Assembly: GCF_016433145.1 (NCBI RefSeq)
Contig: NC_058131.1
Span: forward strand, 401,831,938 to 401,895,937
Direction of reading: 5' to 3'
Source of the DNA: Gracilinanus agilis
Taxonomy: Eukaryota
DNA: 64,000 nt
A model generated the notes under the pieces. That model saw only the letters and a list, made by a program, of their open reading frames with translations. It was not told the origin of the DNA and did no database searches. The number at the start of each line of letters is the position of its first letter. Positions within the stretch are counted from its first letter, which is position 1. This document shows positions 54,061 to 64,000 of this stretch, piece by piece. The position numbers and the translations under genes were made by a program.

Positions 54061-56299
54061 TACAATGAATGATAATATATCTACAGTAAAGTGAACTGTC
54101 TTCCCTTTAAGTCTAGAGAATCATATAATGAAAAATGTCAATAAATGTCTTCAGAATAGTAAGTTATAGATTGGTCAAGTTGGAAAGGATCTAGCTTAGC
54201 AGCAATATTGTGGTCATGAACATGGTTTTCAGCCTGCTTTTAATTTCATTGAAGATTTTCAATGAGTTAACAATCTAGTCCATGACCTGGATAAAGAATA
54301 TAGATTTTATATCACAATCATTCTGTCTGCTTAAAATATATTCTCATTCCTTCAGACAGAGTAGTGTGACTAGATGACTTGAAATTTTCCTTGTATTTTT
54401 GTTCTTCAGAATGCTGTACATGTCCTCAATTGTGTTTATTTGTAGGACAAGCAACTGATTCCAGGAACGAATGTCTCAAACCCAAACTTAATATATCAGA
54501 GAAGAAGAAAGAGGAGTATCATCCCGAGTATACAATTTTACTAGTTATTCTCAAACAAGATGAAGACACTGTTCAAGTCAGCAAATAGTAAATTCAAAGC
54601 TATCATTTTCTTTTTGTCCAGCATTTTATTCAGCAAAGCACACCACTATTGAACTTCATGATACATTTGTATAAACAGTTGATACAGATGAATATGGAGT
54701 TTTGAAAGACCTTGACTGCCATAGCTACACTTCAGATACTTGGAAGAGGAAGCCAGTGACTAGGGAATCACTTTCTTGTATCTGAAGTAGAAGTTTGTCT
54801 TTTGAAAATATTCAGGACTGGCTAATGATGTCTTTAATCATCACTTGGGCTTCATGTGATTATAAGTAATTATCTCATAGATGAAAGTACATAGGAAAAA
54901 ACACAGAAATCTGTTGCTATCATTATTCCCTATATATAAATGCCCCTTATTCTGCAAATCTCAACATTGTTTTTTAGAATAATGGTCCCAGTTTTCTCAA
55001 GACACCATTTTCTACAAGAGGACATGGATTCTAAGCTCTTCAAATTCTTACTGACTTTTAATAAAGTCTTCTCCCGTGCACATATATACATGAATGAAAA
55101 TACATATTGATGACAATTCTCTTAGGACTTAAAATCTTATGGAATTTCCTGAAGCTTAGAGAATATAAGTGATTTGTCAATGGTCATACAACTAATATGT
55201 CACAGGTGAAATTTGAACCCAGGTCTTCCAGAGTCCTTGACTAGCATTTTCTTTCCTGCTGTGCTTTGCTATTCCCCACATATGACTATGAAAACTTGGT
55301 TTGTAGATTCTGTTGCTATTGAAGCCTGGAGAGTAGACCAAAAGTACTAACCTATTTCAGATTTTTTTTTCATTGTTTTTGTTGCAAAGTAAAAATTGTC
55401 AACACAAGGTAAAAAATATCAAACAAGAGATAAAATCTTCACTCAAACCTTTTGCTGAACCAAATAAATGAAGAAACAGCAAATAACAAGGGAAAATACT
55501 TTTATTCATTTTCCCTTTCCAGAACTGTCTACAGTTGTCCCATCTTTGCCCATGGATACTTTTCTCCATACTCTTTTACAAGCCTCTTACTATTCTATAC
55601 TCTTAACTCTTTTCTGATTCCTTAGAAGTAGCTTTGTTCAAACACACACACATACAACATGCTCTTATAATGAAAAAATTTCAGATTAATAATAGAGGAA
55701 TTTATTGCATAATATTCTAAGAATATGAAAAATAACCAATGTTATTGATATTTTTAAAGGGAGAAAACAAATGTTCACCTCAAATTATACCACAGAAAAC
55801 AGGATTATAATATCATTATAAAACCTGAACTGCTTAAATCAGCCAAAAATCATTTCCGGACTTCAAAAAAACTCATCAACTATAAATGCCAATTACTTAA
55901 ATAACAATGCACATTTAATTATGAATTTAAGGAACAATACAACCTATTGTTCAAGAATATAAAGCATAATATCTATTATGCATGGTAATCTGTTTGCTTC
56001 AATGGAGGTGAAAATCTATTGATTTCAAATTGTGAGAATCAGCTTTGATAGGAAGAATGATAAAAAAAATTTTTATTAGACAAGTAAAAACTTTATCATA
56101 CTAAATAAGGAAAAATGAGGATAGCTATTGTTGGACCCCTCTCTGCAACATGAATCTCACACTATATCTTAACTCTTCATTAGCTATTTCAAAAACCCTA
56201 TTTCAAATACATTTTTTTAAATCTAACAAGTAGAGAAGAAAATTGATGTACACTTCATCTCTGTGCGACTCTGCTTGAAACTGGAACTGTGTTCCTGAA

Positions 56300-59167
56300 G
56301 GGCAGGCTTTGTTATGATCACCTTTCACTACCCTAATCAGGGATGCTAGTGATAATCAGTTTGTAGAATTTAAACTTTTTAGTCTTGGAGTCACTGGTCA
56401 GACACAATTCATACTGGTAACTCTGGGATATGCTCCAGTGCCACTGACATGAGAAAGTAATGGTTGGTTCTGAAATGGTTCATAAATCCCATGAAGACCA
56501 ACGTTTTTGGCACCCATATTTCTACTCTAGGTACATGTTGATGAACACAATGAGAAAAAGCAGGAAGAGAAAAAAAGAGAGAGGACAAAGAAATTATCAA
56601 GTAGAGAGTAAGGAAGTCAGTCTGGATCTGCTTCCTGGTTGCATCTAGGAGCTGCAGTTAGTATTCAGAGAGGCCAGCCACCAAAACTAAGTTCAATGTG
56701 GCTTGTGTGACCAGAGGAGGCTGATCATTGTCCTTCACATGCTCCAAGAGTCTTTGCTTGATGGCATCTCTGTCACTGCTGGGTCTTGCTGTTCAAACTT
56801 CCCCATTATCATTCCAAATGGTGAAGAGTCCTGATTCTATGGCCTTGAGTAGTTGGTAGGAAAGTCATGAATTATGCTCCTGTCCCATCCATGGACACTG
56901 ACATGGTCACCAGTTAACTTAGCTCTGCAGCTTTGGGTATCAGGTCATTTAAGAGTTGTGTCATTCTGTAGAGGATATATTGGATAAAAGAAGAACTACT
57001 GTTCATGGTCCAGAGCCAGAAACCCAATCAGAACCTGGCTGTTCATGACTGAAGAACTATCATCAGCTGCCCTTATAGTGAACTGGAAAGTTTTAATTGT
57101 TTCATTAACTAAGGATATCAGAGGACAGAGAAGTTCATTGTCTGATTTAATGAAGATGTAAGAGGCAGGTCTCTAGTCTCAGGTGGCAGCTGGGAACAGG
57201 CAACTTTGGCATTAGTCTCCAACTTGCTGTCACCAGCTGAAAATGTAGAGGGCAAGACTGTTCTTGTACCAAAAGTATACAGTATAGATTGTCTGTATAA
57301 TCACAACTGGGTTGTCTTTGACATCAGCAATCATCACTTTAAGGCTGAACTCAGTTTTGAGCCTTGAAAATCTCAAATTAAGGACAAGAATTGTGATACT
57401 GTGTTGTCTTTCTCTGTATCATGATCCCTTAGTTACAAAGGAATAAACATTCTCAACAGAAGGTTTCAGGGTAAAAGGGAGGTCTTCCTGAATATAGGGC
57501 AAACCACATTTTCATTTTCTCTTTAGTCTTGATCTTGAATCCTTAAAACCACAAAAATGATCTTAAGCAAATTCTCTAGGATGGGCTGGTGAATGATGAA
57601 ATGGTCAGTTCTTGGACACTATCATTCATATCTGTCAACTGGTTCAAAAAGCATTTTTTTCAGAAAGTTTCCCACCATCTTTTTCATCAATATTTCTTAA
57701 GTCTGAATAGTCTCAAAATTCAATTGCTTTATCAACTCAATTTCCTCTTTTTTCCAAATTCAATGGGAACAGTAAAAAATTTCTTCAGAATCACAGAAAA
57801 TGCACAAGATATTTTCCCATAATTTCTGATATCTGAATCTTTAGCCACCACCAAGAATCCTATTAGACTATTTTCAGGGACTTCATCTTTTTTAAGGTCC
57901 TAACAAATACAAGAGCATTGCCATTGAGGTTCATAATCAAAAATTAGATTTCAAGAGTCCCAGACCCACCATTCACAGCCATGAGAATTAATCTAACCAT
58001 AGACTGTTCCTATCAACACAATACATAGTCTATCATGACCTCCAAATACTTCTGCCATCAGTGTCACAAAGATTGGAACATGAAAATATGAATTGAGGTG
58101 ATTGTATAATTCTTTTAAAATTTTTTCCATATTCATCATGTTGTAGAAGAAGACACATATTTTTAAAAATGTAAAGAAAATAAAGTAAGAAATATTATAC
58201 CTCAATCTGCATTCAGAATCTGTCAATTCTTTCTCTGGAAGTGGACAGCATTTTTCATGAGCTCTTTAGAATAGTCTTGGTTCATTGTATTGCTGATAAT
58301 TGCTAAGTTGTTCATGGTTGATCATCATAAAATATTGCTGTGACTGTGTACAATGCTCTTCCAGTTCTGCTCACTTCACTTTGCATTCATTTCATATAAG
58401 AAATTCCATATTTTTCTGAAATCATCCTATTTGTCATTTCTTATAGCACAATAGCATTCCATTACCATCATTCAGTCATTCCCTTGAGTGATGGACATAA
58501 CCTTAATTTCCAATTATTTGCCACCAAAAAAAATTTACCATAAATATTTTTGTACAAATATATTCCTTTCCCTTTTCAAAATCTATTTGGGGTACAGATC
58601 TAGTAGTGGTATTGTTGGATTAAAGAGTATTAACAGTTTTACTGTCCGTTTGGTATAGTTCCAAATTGCTTTACAGAATGCTTGGATAAGTGATGATTGT
58701 ATAATTCTGAAAACTAGTGCTTCCTACATTGAAATATCTAGACTTTTCCAAACAAATGACCATTTCTTGAGATTTTAGGAAACAGTTAAGTATACATTTG
58801 CCATGGAAATAGTCATTTGTGTCTCCCACTCATAGTTCAGCCTGGAAGAATTACACAGCCTTTCTTAGTGAGATCTGGAAAGATAGGTTAGAGGGATCAT
58901 TCAACCCATCCTAGTCAGTTTTTCTTTTAAAACCAAATATCTGTTCTTATGATTGAACTGGAAATGCTGCCTGTTATCCTCAAAGGAAATCTGCCCTATC
59001 TCTCCCACATTATCTACAATGGTTCTCTTTTTCTTCTCTTTCCTTTCCATTGACATCTGTTCAAGCCCCCCCCCCCCCAAAAGAAAGGACAAAACTAAGG
59101 AAAACAAAAGTTGCCTTTTTTGATGAATTGTCTCTCCTTCAGACACTGCTGTGTCTTCAAAAAACAT
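56300..59167 (-). pseudogene. Old full-length PCDHB pseudogene with an L1 insertion in EC2
   Basis: 5' remnant HQKRQLLFSLVL...QHFQFNHKNRYLVLKEKL; EC6, TM and tail remnants at 56340-56950; numerous indels. Confidence 0.85.
58114..58693 (-). mobile_element. L1 3' fragment inserted in the pseudogene
   Basis: Reverse-complement L1 3' end; perfect 15-bp TSD tgattgtataattct at 58099-58113 and 58694-58708. Confidence 0.9.
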
Positions 59168-59200
59168 GGACTAGCTCTGCTTCACACAATTAACTTAATG

Positions 59201-59219
59201 TGCAGTTGCACCAAGGGTT
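59201..59219 (-). promoter_or_regulatory. Possible eroded CSE relic
   Basis: tgcagttgcaccaagggt matches tgcagcgccaccaagtgt at 14 of 18 positions, but lies only ~40 bp from the putative start. Confidence 0.35.
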
Positions 59220-59879
59220 CTCCTTACAGTGTTTCAAATGTTCTATTAGAGTATGAAAATGTCTGAAAAACCCAGAGTGACATAATTAGTGTTTTACCAA
59301 GACTGTGATGTGTGCCATAGAAATTAAGGGAATCAGATAAGGCATGCAGTGGGACTCACTTCTATACCAGAAGTAAAGCATTTTGTGAAACTTAAAGCAT
59401 TATTTAAAATTTTAATTTAATTTTAATAACTATAATTCTATGCCAATAACTTCTTGTTCTCATTGTTGTTAATCTACAGCTTGGTGATGAACTCATTCCC
59501 TAAACCTTCTATTGTTTTTCCTCTAAGTTCAAGCAATGTTAATAGAGTAATAAAGGAATATATTGATAAATGTTTAACAACCAAATTTTCAGATGAAAAA
59601 ATGTATGCACACACACTTTTAAGTTTAAGTTCAAACTTAATACTTTATTAAATCTAGACAACCAACAAAACAATTATCCAAGCTCTCATTTGTAGCAATT
59701 GCTGATATCTAAGGTAAAAATAAATATATTAAAATTTAAGTCACCTTTAAAAAACCATTAGAGCTGACTCCGGCACATCCCTATGCCAGATACACAAAAT
59801 TTTCTTACAATCTTTACCCATTCTCAGACGGGAACTCTAGTTGCCTTCAGACACATTTCCCTTGGTTATGTATAGTGAA

Positions 59880-60122
59880 AGCAGCTAGGTGACACATTGG
59901 AAGTACTGTGAGACCTTGAGTCCAGAAGACATCTTACTGAAATGAAATCTGGCCTCAGACTTAGTGGGACTCTGGCAACTCATGTAACCTTGTTTGCTTC
60001 AGTTCCTCATGTAAAAAAAAATGATTTGGAGAAGGAAATGACCAACCATTCCAATATCTTTGACAAGAAAACCCCAAATGGGGTCATGAAGAGTCAGATG
60101 TGACTGAAACTACTGAATAATA
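59880..60122 (+). mobile_element. MAR1-type SINE
   Basis: gcagctaggtg head...ggagaaggaaatgaccaaccattccaatatctttgacaagaaaaccccaaatggggtcatgaagagtcag. Confidence 0.85.
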
Positions 60123-61342
60123 TGAACAAAATGTGTAATGATGGCTCATCTCTAATGGGCTCAGCTATACTTGCTATTTGAAAGTTTCAAATGTCATGTG
60201 ATGGCTCTTTATTTTATATTTTTACTGTAGCCATTATTATACAGAAAATATTGTTGGGTTTTGTTCTAAGTGATTTCATATAAACAAATGTGAAAGTATA
60301 ATAAAGTAGTAAGTAGCCTTGTTGATCCTGAATAAAACTACTGCAGCACTTTAAGCTCTGAAAAAATGACTAACATGCATATAATAATTTCATTTGATAC
60401 TACAGTACTTTAAGGTAACTACTCATATTATCTTTATTTTAAAAGTTGGGAACCTGAGACTAATAGAGGATATGAATTGTCTTTTTATATCAAACTGTTA
60501 ATATCTTATATTATAAAACTATACAGAAAGATATTCCCACTCACATTGATCATTCTGTTTACAACAATGAGCAATATTCGATTGAAAATGTAGGTGTAAA
60601 TATCTACAAGATATAGTTTCTAATTTACTTAAGATGGAGAAAAGGGCTCTAAATGATATTAGCCCATCTGTTTTTCAAAATAAATGGTAGAAATAGGTCC
60701 AAATGTTTATACCATGGGTTATAAAAGGTCAATTAGATAGTATAAGTAAAAGGAAATAAAAAATTGTCCATTTTGGTAGCCTATCAAGACAGAATTAAGG
60801 GTGGGGGGGAGGCATTCTCAAACATCTCTCTGTTCCTTAAAATGAAGGTGACTTTTTTATATTCTAGATGTTCAATAAGAATAATGAGACAACAAATTGT
60901 TAATATTAGAAGAGATTTTAGGTATGATCTAGTCCAGCTCACATAAAGAAACTGAGTACAGGAAGATGCCACATACCAAATGGCAAACCCCACTTTAGAA
61001 CATTATCTAAGTTATTCCAGCTCAGTGTTCTTCCAGGTTAAAAATCTAAAGATAAAAAATTAAAGCAAGGAATAAAAAAGTGTAACCAAAGAATAAATGG
61101 ACATGCATTTAAAATGTGGTTTTTTAATTTTAAAAAAGACAAATTTGCCAGAAACTAGGATTTTATAGCTTAATCTTGTAAGATTGAAAACAGAATTTTC
61201 ATTATCTAAGAATGCTACTTCATTTTGAATACTAATACGAATTAAAAGAAGCTATATAGTGAACTTCTTAAGAAAATGGAATGAGTAAGTGCAACTGACT
61301 GGGGAAAAAAGACACCCAAAGTCTTCTCTTAAAACTGCATTT

Positions 61343-63826
<2,484 letters not shown>

Positions 63827-63920
63827 TTACTAACAAATCTTGCCTTCTCTGGCCTTTTCGTGCCAGTCTGAGTCACAGAGTAACGGAGAATGTAGTTATA
63901 GTACAAATCAGTTATTCGCC

Positions 63921-63948
63921 TTCTTATCCTGCAGCGCCACCACGCGTC
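63921..63948 (-). promoter_or_regulatory. CSE / CGCT box
   Basis: ttcttatcctgcagcgccaccacgcgtc, 211 bp upstream of the ATG. Confidence 0.88.
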
Positions 63949-64000
63949 CTGATTGAGAATTTTATTTTCTCAAAATCTGGTTTTCCATGGCACAGGGATT

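Noticed and set aside
54729-54788. 11-bp inverted repeat acttcagatac / gtatctgaagt with a 38-nt loop
   Set aside because: About one such match is expected by chance in 64 kb of AT-rich DNA, and the stem does not extend

Overview
Marsupial genomic DNA, most likely Monodelphis or a close didelphid, judged from SINE1_Mdo-type SINEs, MAR1/MIR SINEs and marsupial L1. The window is part of a clustered protocadherin-beta (PCDHB) array. Twelve single-exon loci lie in tandem on the minus strand: four complete ORFs (7231-9621, 17702-20086, 23454-25823 with a 6-aa EC6 deletion, 61343-63721), one ORF with a frameshifted cytoplasmic tail (41866-44145), one clean 5' fragment cut by an assembly N (52633-52908), and six pseudogenes at different stages of decay. 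The CSE/CGCT-box (CTCF) motif sits about 190-260 bp upstream of the ATG. It is perfect in all five long-ORF genes and mutated or absent in every pseudogene. The most interesting observations are: a deeply divergent ancestral-type beta pseudogene at the downstream end carrying a converted EC6 patch; cluster-wide EC6 homogenisation without the CpG enrichment seen in human; one paralog subfamily dead in all three copies; two ORF1-only, 5'-intact L1 halves nested in older L1 3' ends; and a gap that probably hides at least one gene. I found nothing that I can call a new biological system. All similarity calls are by eye, without database searches, and repeat boundaries are approximate.
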